Positions 26,726-39,620 of a stretch of 64,000 nt of DNA are shown piece after piece (position 1 is the stretch's first letter; every line of letters begins with the position of its first letter). Position numbers and translations under genes: made by a program. The stretch is from Rhizophagus irregularis. Its lineage: Eukaryota. The notes beneath the pieces were generated by a model. The model was not told the origin of the DNA, made no database searches, and was given only the letters and a program-made list of their open reading frames with translations. The DNA lies in NCBI RefSeq assembly GCF_026210795.1, contig NC_089433.1, forward strand, positions 4,464,001 through 4,528,000, written 5' to 3'.

Positions 26726-27601
26726 TACTTAGATTTTATTTTTATACATACCGGCGGATATGAAATTATGATGGATGCATAGAGCGTTTTCTATCGATTG
26801 AGGATCATTGGAGAAAAAAGACGGTTTTTAGCTCGCTTGTTATTCATAAAAATAGAAAACTAAAACCGATCATTTTAACAATTGAGGTGCCTGAGAACAC
26901 CCATACGCACACATATTGTACATACACATATTTGATTATATATAGCAAATTACCTATTTCACCATCGGTAATAGGTTAGTAAGTGAAGGAACTAATAAAA
27001 AAAACAATCGCTTTTTAATACAAACTTTCTGTATCGATTCACCACACACGATTATATTATGGTGTTATCATCAATCATTTTATATTATGATTTCAATTAT
27101 CGATGTTGGTTTGATTGAGAAAATACTATACATACTATACGTCTATATTACACAATTTTTATTTTACTGGATTAAAGAGTATGCACAGTAGCTACATTAT
27201 AAATGACGTGCTATGAACTTATTGTGCCACATTACATAATGTTTTACGTCAATATTAATCACAAAAATTAAGCAAAAAAAATTGTGGTAGCACCACGTGA
27301 TCGTTCGCTACATCCTTCCCATTATTCATTCAATAATTTTTTCGTTCACTGCTATGGCGACTAGTTTTCCATTAGTCAGTTCGTTCTAACGAAGGGTGGG
27401 TCCGCCGGTTGGATTTTGTACATTTAGTTTTAGATCAATAGTGCATGACTTTTTTGTAAAATTTCAATGTATCTTCGTATCTCACAAATGTATCTACCTT
27501 TCTAAAGTAAAAATAAAAAAATAAAAATAAATAAAACATTCAATAATTTGATAGACACAGCAGCTTTCCTCTTGGAATTAAGTGCTAATGTAATGTTAAT
27601 T

Positions 27602-27870
27602 TAGAGCTTAGAACCGGTCCAAAAAACCTTAACCGGTTAATTAACCAGTTAAACTTAATTCTGGCCGGCATTAAAATTTGACCGGAATTAATGCATTACG
27701 CCCTAATTTCAGCAAGATTAAGCTCCAACTTATAGTTAACTTTTTTTAACACTCGTTGACGTGTAATTTTATTAACTTTTTTCATGCATGATCTGCATTT
27801 TAACCGAATAAATTAACCGGTTAAATTAACCATTTTTAACTGGTTAACCTTGAACGGTAATTTCTACAAA
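27602..27870. mobile_element. Degenerate hAT MITE related to the element at 55767-56505
   Basis: tagagcttagaaccggtccaaaaaaccttaaccggttaa resembles the reverse complement of the 56505 terminus; repeated TTAACCGGTTAA palindromes. Confidence 0.55.
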
Positions 27871-27888
27871 TTAGTATAGCCATCGTAC

Positions 27889-28050
27889 GCCCCAGGTTCC
27901 CATTGGATCCGATGTGGAATTAGCTCGGATTCCATGTAATGACGACAGAAGACATGGATCCGGATGATTACAAATGATTACAAATCAAAAAATTCCAGAT
28001 GTTGATCAATCGGACCCGGTTCACCAGCCAGAATCAATGGAACTAAGGGC
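27889..28050. mobile_element. MITE, copy 2 of the GCCCC...GGGC family
   Basis: gccccaggttcccattgg...caatggaactaagggc. Colinear with 24235-24368 apart from two small indels. Confidence 0.65.
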
Positions 28051-29147
28051 CAGCCAATCTGGCAATTCTAGAAATTTAAAAAAATAGGGATTTTTTTTTG
28101 ATCGATGATAGATGCGGTTAAACTATCGTACAAATATAATTCATCAAAATGGTTTTATTTTTAATCAAATATATGATACCACAATAAAAGCGATAAAAAT
28201 TTTTGTTAATTTCGTATATACCGTTGTCTTTTCGTGATTAAACGTATTATAATATTGTAATAATTATAAAAAAAAGCAATTAATATATACATAATAACGA
28301 AGAATAAATTACTTAAATATAAAAGTACACATCAAAATACATGAAATAATAATTTATAAAAAAAAAATATGGTGATAAATAATTAATAAAAAAGAGAAAG
28401 AGGGGTGGACAAACGGACATACTAAAAGGAATATAAAAAAACTGTACGGATGGATAAAAAATAAAAAAAATTCGACCAGTCACACATCAGATATACCCTC
28501 TCGAGTATACAAACAACATTACATTCCTTCCTGAATTCCGTGTGTAAAACAATCGCAAGAAATTTAAGTGACTCTATAACTTGTTATATTTTGAACAAGA
28601 ACAAGAAATCGTTCACGAAGACGACTCTCACTGTCTAATGCCCAGATATAAAAAAAAAAAATAATCGTCCACTCTCAAGAATAAAATCAAAATTATGAAT
28701 ATTATGATATATTGTGCAAGTTGAATAAACGTCAATTTGCGGCAGTTCTTAAATAATTTCCCTTTGTTAGTAGTTGAAATGTAAAATCAAATTATCGCCT
28801 GTGGTAACTATGGTAACTATAGTAACCTTGAAAAAATTTATAATTATAGCCAGAGTGATATTTTTGACATAGCTGTAGCACAATGCAAAAGCTGTTTAAC
28901 GAAAAGAAGCGTAAAAGGAAAGTGAGAAATATAATAATTAATGGACAACTTTTTATATTGTTGCGCCATTTTTTGCATCGCAAAATATGATGATATTTTG
29001 AAATATATTACGTGTTCTTTATTAATTACTGACCCGGTTGTATAAGCACCCAATACAAATGATCGACATAGTCCATAAGCTGAAAGTCTGTGCTAGTAAG
29101 AAATTGCCAGGACTAGTGAGTAGTGATGCAGTTAGAACTGTCCCAAT

Positions 29148-29585
29148 GAACTGGCTGGCATAATGTGCCGTTAAAGTTATTAATGCCGTAACTTTACTGT
29201 GGCCAATGATTCCGTAGAGTATAAATAGCCTAAGTAGATAGCATAAAATAATTTAATAGTATACATGGCTTAACAGTATAAATTTTTTAAATCTCTCCGA
29301 ATTTGTTATAAAAATTAAGTTTTCATACTGATTTAAATAACTTCTTTGATTATAAATTTCATGGAACAACAATTTTAATAGTAATGAAGGAGAAAAAGAA
29401 TGAATAATTAGAATGATATGATATATTATAAAGTATAAAATAAAGTATGTAAATATGGTTTAAGAAAATTTAAATTTAATAAATATTACACACAAGTTAT
29501 AGTGACTATTTACGGCACATATACCAGTTACGGCAACATATACCAATTACGGCACATACACCAGTTACGGCGCATTTACCAGTTC
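29148..29585. mobile_element. Non-autonomous TIR element with GAACTGG termini and a 4-bp flanking duplication (CAAT)
   Basis: caat|gaactgg ... ccagttc|caat. Four ~19-bp TTACGGCACAT-type repeats at 29510-29580, with inverted TGCCGT copies near the left end. Confidence 0.55.
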
Positions 29586-29690
29586 CAATTTGCCGTATCT
29601 TAAAGTAAAGAGTTATAACTAGTTATAACTCAGTTGTGAATTGTAATACGGCTCATCCCAATATGTTCGAGTTCCAACTGCATCTCTAGC

Positions 29691-30236
29691 CAGGACCCAG
29701 AAATATATAGGGGACAGGTGGCAAAAATTTTTTTATTATGAGCTGTACGCAGGGACTTTTTATATAAATAGTACGCATAATTGACACCTGATATTGAAAA
29801 ACCTGCAAAAATACGCAAATAAATTCACATTATCATAATTATTTTATCATGGCTTCTATATTATTTATAAAATCAATACTAATGTGAAAAATAAAATTTA
29901 TCCTATTTTATCATTTTTTCAATAATATTTTTCAAAATAGTCAAAATTTCACTTTTCAACCCTTAGAAGTTTCCTTCAATTAATGCTAAATATTACAATA
30001 AATAAATACGTACAGTAAATATATTATATATACTGTATAAGATTAGCAAAATTTAGGCCAAAAATACGCAAACTAATTTTTTACATATAAAAATTTTGAT
30101 AAAAATTGATGACCTAACTATGGACGAAAAAATTTTCAATTGTACACAAATCAAAGCTTCACTCCGTCTAACTCCACTATGATGGCGACGCATCTGTGCA
30201 CCCTACCCTGTATACTGTATATATTCCTGGGTCCTA
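29691..30236. mobile_element. hAT-like MITE
   Basis: caggacccagaaatatata ... tatatattcctgggtccta inverted ends, similar to the termini at 50244/50524. TSD not retained. Confidence 0.55.
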
Positions 30237-30989
30237 AACTGCCCATGGGCAGATCTTACCATGGAATTTGATTGGCTAATATCTGATTGATCTAAACTGG
30301 CCAAATAAGGAAATTTTATAATTCTAGCAACATGCAAGGACTGCACTGATATGCTTTTTGTACCACCTAAAAACAAAAAAAGAAAGTCTTCTCTAGGTTA
30401 TACGGAATCCTCCGAAATTAGGAATCAGTGTGGCTAGAATTAAGGTAATTCCGGCCGAAATTAGGGAATCAGTGTGGCTAGGATTAAAGTAATTCCGTCC
30501 ATTTACTTCTATAAGAACAAATTAATTTTCTTAGGAGTACTTACGTTAATTAAGCCTTCCTTATGGTAATTAATTAGTAAAAAAAGGGTTATAGTCACGA
30601 AATTAGCTGGAAATTCTGACTGAATAAAGTATTATAAACTAGCATGGCTAAAATTAAGGTAATTCTGGCTGAACTTGTTTACTGTCTGAACAAAATTGAC
30701 CATTTACTTCTAAAATAATCAATTAAATTTCTTAGGAATACATGGAAATTCTGACTGAAATTATTTTGATTTTTGCCATAGTTTTTGTGGCACCAGTGGT
30801 GTGTTTTAGTAAAGCCATTCAAATAATTTATTTAATAAGTACAGTAATAACATTAAACCTAACATCATAAAAGTAATAAATAATAATCATAATAATAATT
30901 GACTCATTAATAATCCCAAATTAATCCAATTCAATCTTACTGAGTCTATTAGAAATGTATTTATATCAATTTTATGATCTCAAAAATGG

Positions 30990-31283
30990 AAACAAATATT
31001 TATTGGTTATGGAGTATGCTGGTTGTAAATCATTACAATTCCATTTAAAAGAGAATTTTAATAAACTCAAATGAAATGATAAATATAAATTAGTACTTCA
31101 ATTTGCAAATGCTGTAAAATGTTTGCATAATGAGGGAATTATTTATTGTAATTTAGTAATGTAATAATTTACTGTATATTGATTTTTTTAATTTGATTAT
31201 ATCAAGCAATAAATTAAATATATATCATTTTAGCATACATAAATGTACTTGTACATCAAAATAGAATAAAGTTAGCAGACTTT
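30990..31283 (+). pseudogene. TKL kinase pseudogene fragment
   Basis: KYLLVMEYAGCKSLQFHLKENFNKLK*NDKYKLVLQFANAVKCLHNEGIIYCNL, intron, then ...NVLVHQNRIKLADF. In-frame stop, degenerate catalytic loop, truncated. Confidence 0.8.
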
Positions 31284-31864
31284 ATTTTTAATATTATTTA
31301 AATATTTGGTCAATATAGGAATTAAACCAAGGATATTTACTGGATTATATGATGCATTAGTTATTTTTTGATAAATCAAAGTCAACAATATAAATTAAAT
31401 ACAATCAGTTGTTGAAATAAGTATTTTACACTATTCATTTTTAATTTATGTATTGGAAATGGGTTTATATACTTAATATTTGATAATTTATAAAAAAAAA
31501 GGTTTTTTTAAATTATGAACTAAAGAAATTGTAAAATATTTATTACTCTAGTCCTAGTGTTTAAATAATTCTGAAATGAGAATACATATATTTTAATATT
31601 TGAATAGAATATAAAAAAAGGAATTATTTAAATTACAAACTAAGAATCCTTAAAATATTTTATCTAGCTATAGTGTTTAAATAAATTTAAAAAGAATAAT
31701 GAAGAACAATTTTTGTTAAATGCATGATATCAAATATTACTATATCTTTTTTAAGACACAAGTTAATTTTCATTTGTTTTAATATCTAAATGTTAAATAA
31801 ATAAAATTAAAGTTTGTAAAATAATTTATTTATTTTATATTATACTAGCTATATTATATACACT

Positions 31865-34800
31865 TTACATACCTAATTTCTTCAAATTAAATATGCATTC
31901 ATTCAAATCTTCGCTTATTAGCATTTCACTCACTTGTACACTAGTTTGTGAATTTTTACTTTCAAGAATTTCATTCAATTGTTTACTAGTAAAATTAAGT
32001 AAGCGACTTGTATAGCAAGCCTGTGAGTGAGATTCAGTAGCAAGGTTGTTATGCCCAATTGGTGCATTTATAAATTCCATAATATTGCATTTTAATTCTT
32101 CATTAATGTCTTCAATTTTCTTACCAGAAGGAAGAAAAATCCATTCATGAATAATATTTAATACTTCTTTAGAAGATGGTCTTTTTAATGGATCTCCATC
32201 CCAACATTTTTTCATCAAATCAACATAGCATTGCGGAGTATTTTCAATAATTTCAGGACGTTCACCTTCACAAATACTTAAACTAAGTTGAATATCATGT
32301 GCTCTATTATTAAATGGTGGTATTCCAGATGTAAATTCCCACAAAATCATAGAAAAACTATATATATCACTAGCTGGAGTATAAGGTTTGCCTCTTAAAA
32401 CTTCAGGTGCCATAAATGGTACAACACCATAAATCTTATACTCTTTCAAAAATGATTTTACAGGTTGACATAATCCTAAATCACTAATATAAATTCTGTC
32501 TGCTTTATTCTCTTCATCTTTATTATTATTATTATTTAAAATATTGCCATCATGAAAATCACAATGAATAAGATTTAGTCTATGTATATCATCAAGTCCA
32601 GAAATAATTTCATACAACATGTATAATTTATGGTCCCAACCACTTTTAACTATTCTTGTTAAGTTTCTTCTTAAATTACCTTTGTTTGCATAATCCATTA
32701 CTGCCATGTATTTCAAAGTATCTGGATTTTTTGTAAATCCATAAAAATAAATAATATCATATGAATTTGAACAACTTTCATGATATTTCCACTATAAAAA
32801 ATAATAATATATTAATACAAATAAATTATAATTTAAATTAAAAGAAAAAATAAATAATATAATATCATACTTCATTTAAAAATTCATTTAAATTTTCATT
32901 TAAATTATTATGGCATTTAAGAATTACTTCTATATTATTTCCATCATTCTTTAACCAAATAGCTTTGTATATAGTACCAAATCCTCCTTCATTAAGATAT
33001 TCAACATTTTTAAATTTACTATAAGGAATCCATCTTAACTTTTTTTCAAGAATAAATTCATCTATGATTTTATTTCCACTTTTTCCATATCTATAAATTT
33101 AAATAATTAGAAGTTTATAATATAATTTACACTAAAATTTAAAGATTAAAATTAACACTTACTCTAAATTTAAATAGGAATTTAAGATAAAATACGTCAA
33201 AGTTTTGTATAAATATTTATAATAATAAGCTATATTTCATAACTTACCAACTAAAGTAATAGAAATTTAAAATAAAAAAATACAGTTAACAAATAAATAT
33301 TATATATTATATAAAATATAACAATAGAAATAACAACTTACTAGCTATATTAAATAATTTTTTAAATAAAGAATTTAGTTAGTTTTAAATATTATAACAA
33401 ATAAGTAATAATAAAATTAAATAAATACTGTAACTTACACCCTATATTATTTAAATATTTTTTTAAATAAAGAATTTAGTTAGTTTAAATTATATGTAAA
33501 TATTATAACAATAAGTAATAATAGATAATAGAATTAAATAAATAACTTACGAGCTATATTATTTAAATAATTTTTCAAACAAAGAATTTAGTTAGTTTAA
33601 ATTATATGTAAATATTATAACAATAAGTAATAATAGATAATAGAATTAAATAAATAACTTACGAGCTATATTATTTAAATAATTTTTCAAACAAAGAATT
33701 TAGTTAGTTTAAATTATATGTAGATATTATAGCAATATTAAAGTAATAATAGAATCAAATAAATAACTTACACCCTATATTATTTAAATAATTTTTTAAA
33801 TAAATAATTTAGTTAGTTTAAATTATATGTAAATATTATAACAATAAGTAATAATAGAATTAAATAAATAATTTATAACTTACGATCTATTAAATAAAGA
33901 ATTTAGTTATTTAAATTGTATGTAAATATTATAACAATAAGTAATAATAGAATTAAATAAATAACTTACACTCTATATTATTTAAATAATTTTTTAAATA
34001 AAGAATTTAGTTAGTTTAAATTATATAACAATAAGTAAGAATAGAATTAAATAAATAACTTACCCTCTATATTATTTAAATAATTTTTTAGATAAAGAAT
34101 TTAGTTAGTTTAAATTATATGTAAATATTATAACAATAAGTAATAATAGAATTAAATAAATAACTTATAACTTACCATCTATTAAATGAAGAATTTAGTT
34201 AGTTTAAATTACATGTAAATATTATAACAATAAGTAATAATAGAATTAAATAAATAAATAACTTACTAACTAAAAGAAATTACAAAATAATTTTTTAAAT
34301 AAAGAATTTAGTTAGTTTTAAATATTATAACAAATAAGTAATAATAGAATTAAATAAATAATAAAATATTTTTTAAATAAAGAATTTAGTTAGTTTAAAT
34401 TATATGTAAATATTATAACAATGAGTAATAATAGAATTAAATAAATAATTTATAACTTACGATCTATTAAATAAATAATTTAGTTAGTATAAATTATATG
34501 TAAATATTATAACAATAAGTAATAATAGAACTAAATAAATACTATAACTTACACCCTATATTATTTAAATAATTTTTTAAATAAAGAATTTAGTTAGTTT
34601 AAATTATATGTAGATATTATAGCAATATTAAAGTAATAATAGAATCAAATAAATAACTTACACTCTATATTATTTAAATAATTTTTTAAATAAAGAATTT
34701 AGTTAGTTTAAATTATATGTAAATATTGTAACAATAAGTAATAATAGAATTAAATAAATAACTTACCCTCTATATTATTTAAATAATTTTTTAGATAAAG

Positions 34801-36793
34801 AATTTAGTTAGTTTAAATTATATGTAAATATTATAACAATAAGTAATAATAGAATTAAATAAATAACTTATAACTTACCATCTATTAAATGAAGAATTTA
34901 GTTAGTTTTAAATATTATAACAAATAAGTAATAATAGAATTAAATAAATAATAAAATATTTTTTAAATAAAGAATTTAGTTAGTTTAAATTATATGTAAA
35001 TATTATAACAATAAGTAATAATAGAATTAAATAAATAATTTATAACTTACGATCTATTAAACAAATAATTTAGTTAGTATAAATTATATGTAAATATTAT
35101 AACAATAAGTAATAATAGAACTAAATAAATACTATAACTTACACCCTATATTATTTAAATAATTTTTTAAATAAAGAATTTAGTTAGTTTAAATTATATG
35201 TAGATATTATAGCAATATTAAAGTAATAATAGAATCAAATAAATAACTTACACTCTATATTATTTAAATAATTTTTTAAATAAAGAATTTAGTTAGTTTA
35301 AATTATATGTAAATATTGTAACAATAAGTAATAATAGAATTAAATAAATAACTTACCCTCTATATTATTTAAATAATTTTTTAGATAAAGAATTTAGTTA
35401 GTTTAAATTATATGTAAATATTATAACAATAAGTAATAATAGAATTAAATAAATAACTTATAACTTACCATCTATTAAATGAAGAATTTAGTTAGTTTAA
35501 ATTACATGTAAATATTATAACAATAAGTAATAATAGAATTAAATAAATAACTTATAACTTACCATCTATTAAATGAAGAATTTAGTTAGTTTAAATTACA
35601 TGTAAATATTATAAACAATAAGTAATAATAGAATTAAATAAATAACTTACAAGCTATATTATTTAAATAATTTTTTAAATAAAGAATTTAGTTTGTTTAA
35701 ATTATATGGAAATATTATAACAATAAGTAATAATAGAATTAAATAAATAACTTATAACTTACGACCTATTAAATAAAAAATTTAGTTAATTTAAATTATA
35801 TGTAAATATTATAACAACAAGTAATAATAGAATTAATAAATTATTTATAACTTACCATCTATTAAATAAAGAATCTAGTTAGTTTATATTATATGTAAAA
35901 TATTATAACAATAAGCAATATTAGAATTAAATAAATAACTTACTCCCTATATTATTTAAATAATTTTTCAAAGAAGAATTTAGTTAGTTTAAATTGCATG
36001 TAAATATTATAACAATAAGTAATAATAGAAATAAATAAATAAATAACTTACTAACTAAAAGAAATTACAAAATAATTTTTTAAATAAAGAATTTAGTTAA
36101 CTTAAATAATAGATATATAGACGTCATATAACTTACACCCTGTAGTATTATCAATTATTAATTGGTTAGATATAAATTTAATAGAAAAGTATTTACTATA
36201 ATTAATATATCACTTACAATCTATTTATTTAAATTAAAAATATGATTAGTTAGATTATATTAAAATATTAAATATTAATAAATAAACATCATATTAATAT
36301 AATATCCTTAAGGCTTAAGTAATATAACTTACCAGCTGTAAAATTATTAATTAGTTATTTAAATAAAGAATTTAGTTATTTGAATATTATATAAAATAAA
36401 TAAAGTGAAAAACTAAAAATTTAATAACTAATAACTTACAAACTATAGTATTATTAATCATTAAATGAATTATTTAGTTATATATAACATAATAAAAATA
36501 ATAATTAATATTTGCAAAATTGTTTAAACTTTTTATGGGATAATTCTAATTTTATATTCTGTATGATTACCTTTATCAATACATTGATCCATTACTATAT
36601 CAAATTCTTCCTAATTGGAAAGATAAAGTAAATATCTTTTTTTTTCTTTTTTTTTATTATTTATACTAAACGTCTTATTAGTACAGATAAATATGGTAAT
36701 AATATTTATGCAAAATGCATTGTATACAAAATGTTGATCACAAGTACAAGTATTATATGTATGACAAACAAATTTTGCATATCTGGAATGCAT
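31865..36793 (-). CDS. TKL-type protein kinase whose N-terminus is encoded by a microexon array; exons 36793-36728, 36610-36571, 31 x 3 nt (36442-33248), 1 nt (33163), 33090-32871, 32791-31865
   Basis: Kinase domain is intact (EGGFG, VILKC, HCDFHDGN, SDLG, APE, DIYSFS, CWDGDPLKRP) and certain. The 5' structure is inferred from splice signals and phase compatibility. The first ATG could instead be 36592. Confidence 0.82.
33163..36442 (-). repeat. Tandem array of ~85-115-bp intron units separated by 3-nt microexons
   Basis: Plus-strand motif ACTTAC-NNN-CT(A/G) occurs 31 times, read on the minus strand as YAG|NNN|GTAAGT. Core units carry a CTAAC branch point (aactaactaaattc). Confidence 0.9.
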
Positions 36794-39620
36794 ATCAATT
36801 ATCTAGCAAAAATCACAAAATAGAGAAACTTTTCTTAATACATATTAAATATACAAAATTTTAAAAGTCATTGAGATTATATTTGGCTACTTTACAAGTA
36901 TGCATTAAAATTATTTACAATTAACAGTTAAGTATACGCAAGATTTTTTGAAATAAAGCTAAAAAATAAGTTTATTAATTATAAAAATATTTAACTTTGA
37001 AATTAAAAGTCATGTAAGGTGAAAATTTTTGGGTGATATTGGAAACAGTATTTATATATATTATTTTTATTTTTTTTTTTTATCAAAAATTGTGGTATAA
37101 GGGCTTTTTTCATTTCATTTTCATTTTTTGGTCTCATTCCTTTTCCTTGGCCTTTTTTGTTTCATTTATTTGGTTTTTCTTATTTTTGACCCCCTCACAG
37201 GAATATAAAATTTAAATTTTTTACTGGTTTTCATTGATCAAATAAAAATTAAAAAATTAACCTGTCAAAGAATTCTGTAAAATCATATATCTGATATTGT
37301 CATATAACGAGTTGTGGATAAATGATAAATCACTATTAAAAACATTTAGCCAATCAATTTTAATTTGAAAATCATATGATAGGGCTGAAACTTATCATTT
37401 TATTATTGTATAAAGCTTAGTTTTGTGGCTATGGAAGTGGCTTTTTATAACCAATTCTCAGCTTTGATGGATATCACTTTAATTGGAATAATTATATGTT
37501 GTATTTTTATTTATATTTGGCTAGAAAATTTAAGTATAAATAAGCCTCAAATTCATGATCCCCTTTGATTTTCTTTTTTCTTTGTTTTTCAAAAATGTAA
37601 TTCAATTATACTACTACAACTTGTTATATTATAAAACACTTATTAGTTTTTTGGAAAAAACAATAAAGCAAACTTAGAATTTTACACTAAATAACTTTCC
37701 TTTTATTACAATCTAATTATAAAATATTTTAACTATATTTAAACACAAATTTCTGTATTAAAAAAATTTTGATGTTTAAAGGATTTTTAAAAGCATTCAA
37801 TGACAATTTAAACAAGTAGCCATAAAATTATTTATGCATCAAATTATTAAATTACATAAATAAAAATTGGCAAATTTAATTTGGATTTGTATTCCTTTAC
37901 TTCAGAGTACAAAAAAACAATATTTCTATTATTGACCTTTAAAGTTAATAAATCAAGATTATAAAGATTGCTCATTGATGAACTTTGATGTAATGATTGA
38001 ATAAACTTCATCCTAAATAATTTAAATATAAGAATAATTAAGCAGTATGTAATGCAGTCAGATGAAAAGAAGCTTTAAATTTGAATATTTACTGTATACT
38101 AGTTGGTTTATTGTCTCAAATCTTCTTGATTTCAGCACACATAATCAAACATAATTATATTGAATTTGTATAGTACTTTATACTTTATAAATTAAATTAA
38201 AAATATTCTAGAAAAGAATATTTTTTACTACAAATATTTGGACTTACCACCAAAAAAATGGAACTTTTGGAAAACTATAAATTATATATAGATAAAGACC
38301 AAATATTGAAACATAATACTTCAGAAATCAAAGCTAAGCAAGTAATTTCTGATGAGATTTATAGTGTTTTTAGAATTTGGCTTATAAAATTCTCAGTATA
38401 CTTCATTGAGTTAATGAGTTCAGTCTTTTTTTAAACAATGGATGAAAAAAAATTGGATGTTAGAAAGATATTTATAAAATTACAGTTAATGATCTTTCCA
38501 AAACACAAAAAGCAAATAATAGCTAGTCTATCTCTTGGATATGAAAATATTCCATATTCTAGTATATTTATATTACAAATGAATTTTCCGTTCAAATACC
38601 CAAAATAATTTTGATAAAATTAAAAAATACAAATCTAAATAATTTGTCTACTTATAATCAGTATTTATTATATTTTTTATAATTTGTAATTAATATAGAG
38701 TAGATCCACTATAGCTCGTAAACCTCATAAATCAAACTAAACAATATTTTACTGTAAATATATTAGAAATTTGGAATATTAATATCACCAAGGAAATATG
38801 AAATTGAAGTTCCAATTTGTAATGGAATTCTCAAAATTTATCAATACTCCTTTTGATAATATTCTCTTGATAAATGTTATCAATACCATCTCCAATATTT
38901 ATCTATTACTTACCTATACATTCTATTTATTTTTTTAATTATATATACAAATCTTTCTTAAAAATATACTTATTTTACTTTTTATTTAATAATTGAATGA
39001 TTAATTATAGTAAATAGTTTCCTTCAATACCTATTAGCCAAATATTGTGTTTACATCAATGGTTAAACAATGCTTAGACTTTATATATTATTTAATGTAT
39101 TAGTCTTTATAAAGAACTTCTATGCGAAGCACAGGTATCATATTTATAATTTAAGTTAATTGGTTTGTCTAAGTTTAATATTTAAATATCAGCAAAATCT
39201 ATTTCAATTCATCAAAAAATGTCATCAACTTCTAAAGATTCAAAGGTGGCATATCAACTCTCAATAAGTGATATCATTTGGATGTTCTTAACAACACATA
39301 TCAATATTCAAGGAGAAGTATTTTGGTACTAATGTTAATTTAAAAAACAAAATCTGAGCTCTAGTAAAAATTTGAAAATAAAAAGACTTCAAAAATACTT
39401 GAAGAACTGGCCAACTTTATATCTTATTTATGAAATTGTTGATAATTCTAACCTTACTTCACATACAACAAAAAACTAATTTTGGTAAATTTGAAAATTT
39501 GGGTGAGATAAATAAATTCTGGTTATATAAAATTACCTTTTATGCTTAATTAAGATTGTTCAGCAAGTAAAACATACCTGTATTTTAATTTTCATGAAGC
39601 TAAGTATGATATTTATACAA

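Noticed and set aside
2640..27300. Recurrent CACGTG E-box palindromes (~2640, 3600, 8546, 13010, 24385, 27294)
   Set aside because: Plausible bHLH sites, but enrichment cannot be shown without counting against background.
33131..33131. Alternative 1-nt exon T (tag|T|gtaaat)
   Set aside because: It needs introns of only ~40 and ~31 nt with a weaker donor, and using it together with 33163 breaks the frame.
33248..36442. CRISPR-like array or plain neutral minisatellite
   Set aside because: Variable parts are only 3 nt, there are no cas genes and the context is eukaryotic. Conserved splice signals and in-frame joining fit an intron/microexon array better.
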